In this document: positions 10,895-20,919 of the stretch, piece after piece
Layout: the number at the start of each line of letters is the position of its first letter
Numbering within the stretch: position 1 is the first letter of the stretch
IMG/VR virus record: IMGVR_UViG_3300033816_000195
Location: 9,499-73,498 of that record
Strand: one strand, 5' to 3'
Length of the DNA: 64,000 nt
Origin: a virus
Notes under the pieces: model-generated
Databases searched by the model: none
The model's input: only the letters and a program-made list of their open reading frames with translations
What the model was told of the DNA's origin: nothing
Translations under genes and position numbers: made by a program

Positions 10895-13800
10895 TACTGA
10901 CAGTTTTTAAATTTATTAATTAAATCATTCTTTATATCCTCTACATTTGTTTCCATACCAATATTGTAAGCTTCTTGTTTAGCTTCATCAGATGCAAGGA
11001 AAACATCTTGAGCATCAAAAGTTTCTTCTAAAATTTCTTTTTCAGCAGGAGATGTTGTATATGTTGTTTGTTTATCAGAAACATTATTTAACTCTGATTC
11101 TTTAACAAAATTATTTGAGAATTCATTTGGAGAGACTACCATTTCTTTTGCATTTTTTCTAGGTGTATTTTGTTTAGTAGCTAATTTTAACACAATGTTT
11201 CCATTTTCTAATATCTCTGTTACCACCATTTTAGGGTTACCATCCTTATTAAGATAATAAATATCATTTACTTTTACAACACTTTCTCCATCTATTGTGG
11301 AATCTATTGGATCAGCAAAAATATCTACTACATCAACAAAGCCTGAATCTAATCTAAAGTTAGCATTAAAATCTTTAACATCTTTAAGTTGACCTTGTAT
11401 TTTTTGTATAACATTATCTTTTAAATACCTGTTACTTAATTGCTGTTCTAGACTACTTTGTAATGTATCTAAACTATTTACAGCATCTTGTATTTCTTGA
11501 GGTGTTGTAGCCTGAGAGGCATTAACAAATGTTTCTAAGATAGCTTTATCTTGAGCATTAGTATTATTTAAACTAATTAAACTAAAGACATCTCTTTGAT
11601 AATCTGAAAATGCTCTAGCAGCAACATCACTGGTTGTATTAACTTTTAAATACTGTATTCTTTTAACTGCTTCATGTATTATTTCAGATACTTCTTCTCT
11701 ATTAGGATTACCATTTTGTACAAGATCTATTTCTTCTGGAGTCAACACTCCTGTAGATAATGCGTCAATTGCTAGTAATTGTCCAGGAGTTGGAGCATAA
11801 GAAACTTTTCCAACAAATCTATCTTTGTGTACTTTAAATACATTAGCAAAAGCTTCATCTTTTTCTAGTTGTTGTTGTACAAAGTCAGAGTTTTCAGATA
11901 GGTCTATACTATCAAAGTTCTGAGTAATATTGAATTTACTAAGTCTTTCTTGAATAGTTTCTATTTGAGAGTCAATCTTCTTAGTACTATTTTCATATTT
12001 TTTAGTAAGAGTATTTAATTTATCTTTAGGTGATACAGTTTTAGATACACCAGATAAATCTATCATTTCTTCAACATACTCACCTGTTGCATCCTTATAT
12101 CTTGTGATTGGGAAAAGAGTATTCATCTCATCTCTTACACTAGCAATATAAAGAGGAATCAGCATTTCTGAAACTTGTGCTGAATCTTCTATTTCAAACT
12201 CTTTAATACCAATAGAATTTTTTGATATTTTACCATCAGGGGTTCTTCTATAAATTAAAGGTTGATATATACCTTGAGCTGTAGGTTTTCCTGCAGTTAA
12301 AATTTTTCCAGTTTGCGGATCAGAACTTCTTTGAACAGGTAATAAAGATATACTAGCATCAACACCAATCATTCTTTTTAATAAGGTTGCATAAGTAGCT
12401 TGTTGTAAAGTATAGTTTTCTCTTTTAGAATATATACCATCATCTTTTGTGGTGGCTGTTTTTTTAGTCTTTTTAATTCTATTAAACTTCAACCACTTAT
12501 CTTCATTTCCTGTTTTAATATCTATGATATGTATTTTACCTTTTCTATCTACTGCTATTAAGTCAATTTCCCCGGCAATCCTATCTGTAGTACCATCTAG
12601 CTTTTCTATATTAGAATCATATACTACTAATCCTTTAGCTACTATATAAAGTTCACCATTATCAATTCTTCTTTTTATTTGGGTAAGGTGCCCATCTGGT
12701 CCAAATAAATCTAAGTAAGCTTTTTTAGTAATTTTATTAGGATCAAACTCCGGCATTTTACCTTCACCCAAGAAATCTTTTGCAGCTTGATCTACATAAT
12801 TACCAGCTTCTCTACCATCTTCATATGTTTTTTCTGATACAAACTTATATATCTTATTATATAAATCTTCATTGCTTATGTTTACAGGTTGAGTACTAGT
12901 AGTTTGTTCTGCAGTAGTAAGTCCTTTAGATTTATCATAGAGTTCTTTACTAGCCCAAATAGTTTTAGTAGCTTCATCAAAATATTCATCTTGTCTAAGA
13001 TCTTTACCCCAAGTATCTTTTACTCTTTGTATTTCTTGATCATATGCTTCAGGTGTACTACTTCTTTGTTTGTCTTTTTCTAAAACATCAATCGTATTCT
13101 GAAGAGTACGTGGACTATACCATAAAAGATCTTGTTGTTTAAATTTATTTGCAATCTCTATAGACTTTCTTTGAGCTTGTTCAGGAGTAAGATTTATACC
13201 CAGTACTATACGCGCTCCTTTAACAGGACTATATTCATTATCTGATTCTTTAAGTTCATCAGCTATTTTTCTATTTTCTTCAGATAAACTATCAATTGCT
13301 ATTTCAATATAATCTTTTCCTCTTGAAGCTTCACCCTGTACAGAGTTTAACCAAGAACCCGTAGTTTTAATATTCTTATCCCAGAAAATTTCTGAAGCTG
13401 GTACTAATGGTCCTGCTACAACATCTGCTATATTTTCTTTTTTAGAAATAGGTACAGCAAAAGTTCGAAAACCTGTTCTAGGTGCTTCAGTACTTACTGG
13501 AGCTTCTTCTAAAGCAGTTGGTTCTGAATCATATTTAGCGTTGATTTCATCAATTACTTGGTCTTTAGTGTATTCATTTTGAAACAATTCATAGTTGGTA
13601 AATTTAGTTGCTTGACTACTAAATTGCCCTATATATTCCCAAGTCTTTCCACCATTGTACCCCTCTTTAATAGAAGCTATAGTTTCTTCCTTTTTTCTTT
13701 CTATATCAGCTTTAGTATCTGTAGTAGTAGAGACAGGAGTTGTAGTTGGTTGTAAAATATTAGTTAATTCATCTGCTAGTTCTTCATATAATACATCTCT

Positions 13801-16800
13801 AAATCCAGCAAGATCAGCTTGTTTAGCTAAATAAACAAAGCCTAGTATTGAAGACTCAGTTTCTGATAAAGGTTTTATTGTACCATCTTCTAATTTTTCT
13901 GATACTTTAATATTATAACCACCTTCTGTAGGTACTAAATCTTTAACATAGTTTTTACCTTTAAAGGTAAAGTCTTCTGCTCCAGTATTTTCTTTAAGAA
14001 CATTACCACCAAAAGCAATTTGAAATATATCTTCTAAAACTGCTTTATCTGTATATTGGTAATCACTTGCTTCTACATCTTTTATAGCATTAGTAACCCT
14101 TCTATGGAAAAGATCATTTATTAAATAAGCTTTTTCTCCGGCCTTTAATCCTGTTACAGGATCATCTACCTTAAGTGTTTCTCCTGCTTTTACATTTTCC
14201 TGAAGTTTAATTAACTCTTCAATCTTTTTAATAGAAGCTTTTTGTTCTGGAGTATATGATTTATAAAGTTCTTCTTTAGTTTTTTGTGTTGTTTCTTCAT
14301 CTTCAAAAATCATTTCAAGATCTAAGTCTTGACCAAAGAGTTCATCTTCTTCTTGACTTACTGGTTTTTCAGGTCTAAGAGCATTAAACTTAGTTAAGTA
14401 CTCTTCAAAAATTTCATCATATTCAGTAGTACCTTCTTGATATACTTCATTAGCAGGTTCATTAAAGAACTCTTTTGGTTTAGTTCCATTTTTAATAAAC
14501 TCTGCAAAGTCATCTACACTCATGTAGATACCTCTATCTGCTAAAGCATTTAGTAAAGAGTTTGCTTCTACAATACCTATTTGTTCAGTTACAATATCTC
14601 TAAAAATATTTTCTCTATTATCATAGAGAGACTTTAACCATTCTGTATTTCTTTCTACAAGTTTTAAAAATTCTTCCGGGTTATGTAGTAGGTTATTATA
14701 CCTAACTAACTTTTTAGATTCTGTATCTAGTTTTTGGTGATCTAATAAATCATTAAATAAGTCATCTAATTTTTCATCAAATACATTATCATTACTAACA
14801 TCAGCAATAGACTTTAAATATTTGTCTACACTTCTTTTATATGCTTGTATTCTTTCAGCTTTATTTACATCATCAAAAGCCCCTAAGTTTTTATCTATGG
14901 CTGCAATAACAGCCTCATCAGTTAATTCATCAGTTTTAATATTTCTTTTTTCAAGTTCTTTCTTCATTGATTTTTTAATCAACTCAAGATTTTCATATCT
15001 GTTAAAGAAATTATTAAATGTTTCTGTTTCATTAAATAACTCTGTGTAAGCTTCTAATTTTTTCTTTTTGTTTTCTAACTCTTTATTTAACTCAGGGTCT
15101 AATGTACCAGATTTCTTTAAATCTTCTAATGATTTAATTTCATTTCTGATATTACTTATTTCTTTTCCTAATACTAAATTGTCTAATAAACTATTAACTT
15201 CTGTATCTGATATAGATGCAAATGGTTTATTAGCTGTAAGTTTATTTTTAATTCCTGCTTTTCTTTTTATAGCAGATTCAAAAGCTTCATTAAAGAATAC
15301 AGCATTTCTCAATGCTACATTCCAACCTGTATAAAGTTGTACTTTAGCATTAAACTCTGGATCTTTTTCATTTAATGTATCTGGAGAAATTGGATTAGGA
15401 TATCTTTCTTTATAGTAATTATATCTTTTTTCTACAGTATCTATTCTGTTAATTATATCATCAAGTCTATTTAAATATTTTTGACCCTCACCTTTTTCTA
15501 CACCAGGAACTTCTTTTTCTATTTCTTCAGGAGTCATCTTCTTCATATCAGTCATCCTTTCTCTGAAGAGATATAAACTACCTGTTTCCATAGCAGTAGT
15601 TACTTGACTTATAAAAGCTTCATCTGTAGCATCATAAGCTTGTTTTTTTGAACCTGTATTTTTAATATCTGCAGCCATATCCTGAACAGCAGTATTAAAT
15701 ATTCTAGAATCATAAAATTGCTTTGGACCAAGACTGTTTAAATTATTTACAATACCATTAAGCATTTCTTCTTTTCTTGCTTTATATTCTTGGTATTCTG
15801 TATTATTAAATAATCTGTTATATCCTACAGACAACATAGGTACTGCACTATTTAAAGGTGCTGCAAGCGTACCCATTAAGAAACCAGAAGCAAAAGTTTC
15901 AGCACCTTGTTCAGTAAACTGTTTACCAAATTCATCTTCATAATAGTCAAACTTAGTTTTATTTGCATAACCAGTTACACCTCTTGAATATAGATTCATT
16001 TTTAAAACAGAACTTTTAAAAGCATCTGTATAATATTTTTCATTTGCTCCAGCAATTATTTCTTGAGCATTTTCTTGTAAACCTTCAGTAAAATTAGATT
16101 TAAAATAACCTACAGTCTTACCTACACTTTTATATATAGGGTCTTTTGCCCAACCTTTTGCCCATGACATAAAATCATTAGACTGTCTAGCAAATTGTTT
16201 TTTAGTATTATCATAAACAATCTTACCTACAGTACCAAACTTACCGTTACCGGCTTTCATTACATCATCTATATTAGCTCTTACAAAGTTTCTTATACCA
16301 CCTCTTGGACCTGTAATATTATTAAAGGTTATTTTATTTGATGCATATATTAATCCTGTATTCCAATATAAAGTATCTAATGAAGCTTGTTTAGCTGTAG
16401 ACATTAATTTTTCTTGTACATCATTAGTAGGAGCTGTACCAAATTTTTCATAGTGAGCATTATACCCATCTTTATAAACTTTGTTTTCTACCATACCAGC
16501 TTCAAGCCTAGCTTCAGATAAAGCCATATTTAAGTTTCTTACATCTCTATAGAAACCTCCGGCAGTTCTAAATGTCTTAGCAAAACCAGTTAAGTTATCA
16601 GTAGCTCTTATACCTGTTATTGCATCTACAGTATTTTCTAAAGGATTTAAGAATCTTCCTATTTTACTAGTACCTGCAGCATTAGCTGCATTCCAAAACT
16701 TTCTTGCTGATTGAGAATTATTTAAAGCTTTAAGTGTATTACCTACTGCTTTACTAGCATCATATGCTGCATCAAAACCTTTTATACCTCTAAATAAAGA

Positions 16801-17619
16801 AGGTATTTTTCTTGCATTATTTGCAGTAGTAACTGCTGCTGAAGTACCACCCGTTAAAGGAGCTAATGCTAAACCAGCTACTTCTTCTACTATAGCTTCA
16901 GTAATAATACCAGCAGTGTAACCAAAGTTCATTACTGTATTATTTACAAATCCAAACGCTCCTCCTTTACTAGATGATCCTATAGCAGCTAATCTTTCAT
17001 ATTCTTCTGCTCCTTCTAGGTCTGTTCCGGTAAAGTCACCTTGAATCATTTTCCATAAACTCTTAGGTCCATCAGTAAAACCTTTCCACACCATTGGTAA
17101 AAATGAGTGTGACATCATTCTACTCCAATCATCTGCTTTAGTAGTTCTTGCATTAAATATAGCTTCATTATCCCTTAAAGGGTGAAAGCCTATTTTATCA
17201 AATGTTTCTTGTCCATATGCTGCATATCTATCATAGAATGCTCCTCCACTTGGGCCAGCATTATAACTATATATTCTAGCATAATCTTCATTTGACTGTT
17301 TACTTTGTATTAATGATTTTAAATAATCTTGTTGTGCATTCATTAAACCTTTTACATCTACCTTTCCAGGTTTAGGTGCAGATTTAATTATACCAGGATT
17401 ATTTACAATATTTTGTTTAATGTTAAAGTTAGGTCTTGTTAAATCTCTAACACCAGGCATACTAAAAGGATTAGGTGCCTGTGGAAAATTAATTTTAGGA
17501 GTATCTATTTTATCACCTTCAAAAGGTAAATAACTATTAGCATCTGAACCAGGTCTATTAATACCACCAAACTCTGGACCTAAATCATCTAGAGGATTAA
17601 AAAGATTTTCTTCAGCCAT
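10894..17619 (-). CDS. Giant internal virion/cargo protein with PD-(D/E)XK nuclease domain
   Basis: 2241 aa. Nuclease motifs IAGEIDLIAVD...IIDIKTG...YTLQQATY (~12390-12580). Hydrophobic Ala/Gly segment near the N-terminus and EGLQENAQ motif. Sits next to the virion RNAP, as in crAss-like phages. Confidence 0.75.
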   Translation of the reverse strand: MAEENLFNPLDDLGPEFGGINRPGSDANSYLPFEGDKIDTPKINFPQAPNPFSMPGVRDLTRPNFNIKQNIVNNPGIIKSAPKPGKVDVKGLMNAQQDYLKSLIQSKQSNEDYARIYSYNAGPSGGAFYDRYAAYGQETFDKIGFHPLRDNEAIFNARTTKADDWSRMMSHSFLPMVWKGFTDGPKSLWKMIQGDFTGTDLEGAEEYERLAAIGSSSKGGAFGFVNNTVMNFGYTAGIITEAIVEEVAGLALAPLTGGTSAAVTTANNARKIPSLFRGIKGFDAAYDASKAVGNTLKALNNSQSARKFWNAANAAGTSKIGRFLNPLENTVDAITGIRATDNLTGFAKTFRTAGGFYRDVRNLNMALSEARLEAGMVENKVYKDGYNAHYEKFGTAPTNDVQEKLMSTAKQASLDTLYWNTGLIYASNKITFNNITGPRGGIRNFVRANIDDVMKAGNGKFGTVGKIVYDNTKKQFARQSNDFMSWAKGWAKDPIYKSVGKTVGYFKSNFTEGLQENAQEIIAGANEKYYTDAFKSSVLKMNLYSRGVTGYANKTKFDYYEDEFGKQFTEQGAETFASGFLMGTLAAPLNSAVPMLSVGYNRLFNNTEYQEYKARKEEMLNGIVNNLNSLGPKQFYDSRIFNTAVQDMAADIKNTGSKKQAYDATDEAFISQVTTAMETGSLYLFRERMTDMKKMTPEEIEKEVPGVEKGEGQKYLNRLDDIINRIDTVEKRYNYYKERYPNPISPDTLNEKDPEFNAKVQLYTGWNVALRNAVFFNEAFESAIKRKAGIKNKLTANKPFASISDTEVNSLLDNLVLGKEISNIRNEIKSLEDLKKSGTLDPELNKELENKKKKLEAYTELFNETETFNNFFNRYENLELIKKSMKKELEKRNIKTDELTDEAVIAAIDKNLGAFDDVNKAERIQAYKRSVDKYLKSIADVSNDNVFDEKLDDLFNDLLDHQKLDTESKKLVRYNNLLHNPEEFLKLVERNTEWLKSLYDNRENIFRDIVTEQIGIVEANSLLNALADRGIYMSVDDFAEFIKNGTKPKEFFNEPANEVYQEGTTEYDEIFEEYLTKFNALRPEKPVSQEEDELFGQDLDLEMIFEDEETTQKTKEELYKSYTPEQKASIKKIEELIKLQENVKAGETLKVDDPVTGLKAGEKAYLINDLFHRRVTNAIKDVEASDYQYTDKAVLEDIFQIAFGGNVLKENTGAEDFTFKGKNYVKDLVPTEGGYNIKVSEKLEDGTIKPLSETESSILGFVYLAKQADLAGFRDVLYEELADELTNILQPTTTPVSTTTDTKADIERKKEETIASIKEGYNGGKTWEYIGQFSSQATKFTNYELFQNEYTKDQVIDEINAKYDSEPTALEEAPVSTEAPRTGFRTFAVPISKKENIADVVAGPLVPASEIFWDKNIKTTGSWLNSVQGEASRGKDYIEIAIDSLSEENRKIADELKESDNEYSPVKGARIVLGINLTPEQAQRKSIEIANKFKQQDLLWYSPRTLQNTIDVLEKDKQRSSTPEAYDQEIQRVKDTWGKDLRQDEYFDEATKTIWASKELYDKSKGLTTAEQTTSTQPVNISNEDLYNKIYKFVSEKTYEDGREAGNYVDQAAKDFLGEGKMPEFDPNKITKKAYLDLFGPDGHLTQIKRRIDNGELYIVAKGLVVYDSNIEKLDGTTDRIAGEIDLIAVDRKGKIHIIDIKTGNEDKWLKFNRIKKTKKTATTKDDGIYSKRENYTLQQATYATLLKRMIGVDASISLLPVQRSSDPQTGKILTAGKPTAQGIYQPLIYRRTPDGKISKNSIGIKEFEIEDSAQVSEMLIPLYIASVRDEMNTLFPITRYKDATGEYVEEMIDLSGVSKTVSPKDKLNTLTKKYENSTKKIDSQIETIQERLSKFNITQNFDSIDLSENSDFVQQQLEKDEAFANVFKVHKDRFVGKVSYAPTPGQLLAIDALSTGVLTPEEIDLVQNGNPNREEVSEIIHEAVKRIQYLKVNTTSDVAARAFSDYQRDVFSLISLNNTNAQDKAILETFVNASQATTPQEIQDAVNSLDTLQSSLEQQLSNRYLKDNVIQKIQGQLKDVKDFNANFRLDSGFVDVVDIFADPIDSTIDGESVVKVNDIYYLNKDGNPKMVVTEILENGNIVLKLATKQNTPRKNAKEMVVSPNEFSNNFVKESELNNVSDKQTTYTTSPAEKEILEETFDAQDVFLASDEAKQEAYNIGMETNVEDIKNDLINKFKNCQ

Positions 17620-17621
17620 TA

Positions 17622-20600
17622 TTATCTATTATTATAATTGTAATTATTTATTGCTCTTGATTGATCAAAGAAACCACCTTCACCTGTAATATTATCAAAT
17701 ACAAAACTTGTAAGATCATTACCATAAGATGTTTCATAGTCTACTAATCTATTTTCTAATTCTGTATTTGTATTAGGGTCATATACACCAGATGTTATTT
17801 CTACTGAATAAGGTGATAATCCAAAATCATTTTTTGAAATTGTTAATGTATTTTTTGGATTTAATGGATCATTATAAACATAAGGTTTACCTGTATAGTC
17901 TATTACAGCTGATATTGGGTCTACGGTAGATTCTTGATACAATGTAGTTCCTGATAGTTGTTCTTTAGGTACCATAAACTGTACTCCATTTTGCTGTAGC
18001 TCAGCTTTCTTCTCATCACCAACATTAAGAGATTTAATATAGGCATCTGGTAGTTTTATTATTACTCCAGAATATTTTATATCACCTGCAGATATTGGTT
18101 TATAAGCAATACCAAATTCAGTAAGAGTATTATCTTTTGTATACTTTCCTTTAGCATTTTTAAGATCTGTTAGTATTTGTTGTACTAGAGGAACATCTTT
18201 ACCTTCAGCAACATGACCATGTGCCCAAGCAGAAGCACTTGAACCAAAAGTAGATACTCTAATATTTTTGGTATCACCTAAATCTAAATTACTTAGTGTA
18301 TTTAACATTTCATATCCTTTAGCTGCAACAGGTCCCATGCTCTTTGTATTAATATTATAGTACTTCATTTTATTAGTATAAAGTCCTGTACCAGCCTCAG
18401 TAATTGCACTAATTCCTGGAGGAGCTTTTTTAATTACAGAAGAATTTGTAAATGCTTTATTGGCTTTTTCAACAAGTTTATTATAGTTTAACTCATCACC
18501 ATAAGCTGAAGAATTTACTGGATATTTACCAGAAGCAAATCCTATTGTTACAGTTCTTGCTGGTCTATTTCTTGCACCTTCATAGTAAGCAGGCATCCTA
18601 TAATCAGTTTTTCTAGGAGCAACTACTTTTGTTTTAGTAACATATTTATCTTTTATAGCATCAGGTATACTTTTATAATATTCAGCTTCCGATTTAATAT
18701 TACCATACTCATCAAATAAATAATTTGCTCCATCTTGTGTCTTTGAATCAAGTCTAACCATTTCAGCTGTTACACCTTTTATAGCATCTTTTTTCCACTT
18801 TTCAGCAAGTTTATCATATTCTATATAACCACTAATAGCAGCACTATTTTTTCTAACAGCTGCATATAAAGGTGTAGGTTTACCACCAACTTGAATTTCT
18901 GATAAGTTAGGATTTTGAGCAACAAATTCATTTAACTTATTAGACATATTGTCTATTTCAAGTGCTTTAGGACCTGTACGTGAACTTATTCCTTTAAATA
19001 TATCTTGAGATGCACTAGCAATTTCTGAATAAACTTTATCATCAAAACTACCTAAAAGTGCAGCAGCTTCTTTAGCAGGAATTTTACCATCTCTTACTGC
19101 TTGATACAAAGACATACCACTTTTTACATCATATTTTTTTCTTATATCTTTTGTAAGTATATGAGATTCTGAAGCATCTACATTAGGAAGGTAAGCTGAC
19201 ATTTGAGCAAAATAGTCTTTTCCTTTTTCATATCTATCAACAGCTAATAATTGTTCTTGTAATATATTTGCTGCTTGCTCTTTGCTCATCTTATTATTTC
19301 CAGTTAATGTAGCAATAAGAGCACCGGCACTTTGTAGATAATTCTTTACAGGAATAAACTGATCTTTCTTAACTTGATTAGCAAAGTCCAGCATATTAAT
19401 TTCATTTGTAACATTACCCTCTCTATCTGTTATAGTTACACCAGTAGTTTCACTTTCTTTTTCTCTAGCTACTCTACCTACTACATTACCATTAGCATCA
19501 GTAATAGGTTCCCATGTATGGGTACCTCTTTCTTCAACTAACCATTTATCTAATGCTTCTTTTTTAGCAAGTCCAGATTTATACTCGGCAACTCTCTTTG
19601 CAGAAGCTTCTTTTGCACCAATCTCTTTGAGATTGTACATATGCTTGTCTTCCATTACTTTATATGGGTTAGACTCTAAATCTGTTTTAGCATCTTTATA
19701 AGCAAATATTTGAGCAGCTTCATTTAAGTCTTTTGACATAAGCATACTGGCTACACCAGAATCTACTTTAAATCTTAAAGTATTTAGGTCACCATAAGGA
19801 TTTCTAAATCCACCTTCAGTAGATGGTGTACTTGACATACCATTATTTAGAGTCTTGCCTTGTTGTTCTACTGATGATAATACTTTAGCATTAATATCTC
19901 GGTTCATTTCTAATTGAGCTATCTCTAACTCTGTTCCAGGGTTTGCTGTTTTATTAGCAACCTGTTTCTTTAAATCATCTATTCTATTATTATATACTGT
20001 ATTTTGTGCTTGTAAACCTTTGTATCTTAATTCATTTTGTCTTTTAAGTATTGTAAACTTATCTTCAAGATACTTCATTTCTGCAGCATTCTCATCATTA
20101 TTAAATAAAGCAGCATTAGACTTAGCATAATCTTTTCTATCAACATAAGCTTGTGTATTATATACAGCTTGTATTCCAGGATCATTACCTAATCTTGCTT
20201 CAAATAATTTACTTAATGGTTCTATTAATTGTTCACCATTTTTATTTTTAATAATCCATCTACCATCAGGACTAAACTTTACTGACTCAATAGATAATCC
20301 AGCTTCTTTAGCTACATCTTGAGCTACAGACATAGCATTTACATATGGAGTATATGTAGCATTTCCAAAACTCATAGCTGTTGCATCATCTGCTTTTTTA
20401 AATTCTTCTCTTTTATAATCTAGTTCTCTTAAACCTACATCCCAATATCTATCTTGTAATTTTTCATCATAAGCATTTTTAAAAGATTCTCCTTTAGATC
20501 TTTCCGTCATATAATTTTTAGTCCAGGCCATATCTTTTACTAAGCCTTTATCTTCATATAATGGTTTAAATATTTGTGTAGCTTGATTTACATTTTGCTC

Positions 20601-20855
20601 TAATGATAAATCCATTTGAGAAATTCTTTTTAAATCAAACTCAGCTTGTTTTAAATAAGTATCTCTTTTATTAATATTACCATCTCTAGTTAAATCTGCA
20701 TGGTATAATTTACCATACATATTATTTAATGCCTTCCAATTATTATCATACTGAGTTTGTTTTGTCTGCAAAACATTTGCATAAAAATTTAAGTCAGGTT
20801 GAAAGGGTTGAAACTGAGGTATATAATCTGTGACGCCTTGTAAATACGTTGCCAT
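17622..20855 (-). CDS. Large internal virion/cargo protein, function unknown
   Basis: 1077 aa, helical N-terminal half (MATYLQGVTDYIPQFQPFQPD...). First gene of the three-gene giant-protein operon that ends in the RNAP. Confidence 0.65.
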   Translation of the reverse strand: MATYLQGVTDYIPQFQPFQPDLNFYANVLQTKQTQYDNNWKALNNMYGKLYHADLTRDGNINKRDTYLKQAEFDLKRISQMDLSLEQNVNQATQIFKPLYEDKGLVKDMAWTKNYMTERSKGESFKNAYDEKLQDRYWDVGLRELDYKREEFKKADDATAMSFGNATYTPYVNAMSVAQDVAKEAGLSIESVKFSPDGRWIIKNKNGEQLIEPLSKLFEARLGNDPGIQAVYNTQAYVDRKDYAKSNAALFNNDENAAEMKYLEDKFTILKRQNELRYKGLQAQNTVYNNRIDDLKKQVANKTANPGTELEIAQLEMNRDINAKVLSSVEQQGKTLNNGMSSTPSTEGGFRNPYGDLNTLRFKVDSGVASMLMSKDLNEAAQIFAYKDAKTDLESNPYKVMEDKHMYNLKEIGAKEASAKRVAEYKSGLAKKEALDKWLVEERGTHTWEPITDANGNVVGRVAREKESETTGVTITDREGNVTNEINMLDFANQVKKDQFIPVKNYLQSAGALIATLTGNNKMSKEQAANILQEQLLAVDRYEKGKDYFAQMSAYLPNVDASESHILTKDIRKKYDVKSGMSLYQAVRDGKIPAKEAAALLGSFDDKVYSEIASASQDIFKGISSRTGPKALEIDNMSNKLNEFVAQNPNLSEIQVGGKPTPLYAAVRKNSAAISGYIEYDKLAEKWKKDAIKGVTAEMVRLDSKTQDGANYLFDEYGNIKSEAEYYKSIPDAIKDKYVTKTKVVAPRKTDYRMPAYYEGARNRPARTVTIGFASGKYPVNSSAYGDELNYNKLVEKANKAFTNSSVIKKAPPGISAITEAGTGLYTNKMKYYNINTKSMGPVAAKGYEMLNTLSNLDLGDTKNIRVSTFGSSASAWAHGHVAEGKDVPLVQQILTDLKNAKGKYTKDNTLTEFGIAYKPISAGDIKYSGVIIKLPDAYIKSLNVGDEKKAELQQNGVQFMVPKEQLSGTTLYQESTVDPISAVIDYTGKPYVYNDPLNPKNTLTISKNDFGLSPYSVEITSGVYDPNTNTELENRLVDYETSYGNDLTSFVFDNITGEGGFFDQSRAINNYNYNNR

Positions 20856-20919
20856 AATTGATTCTTATTATCTATTGTAAAACTATCAAAATTTTATAAG
20901 TTTAATAAACTTTTAAAGT

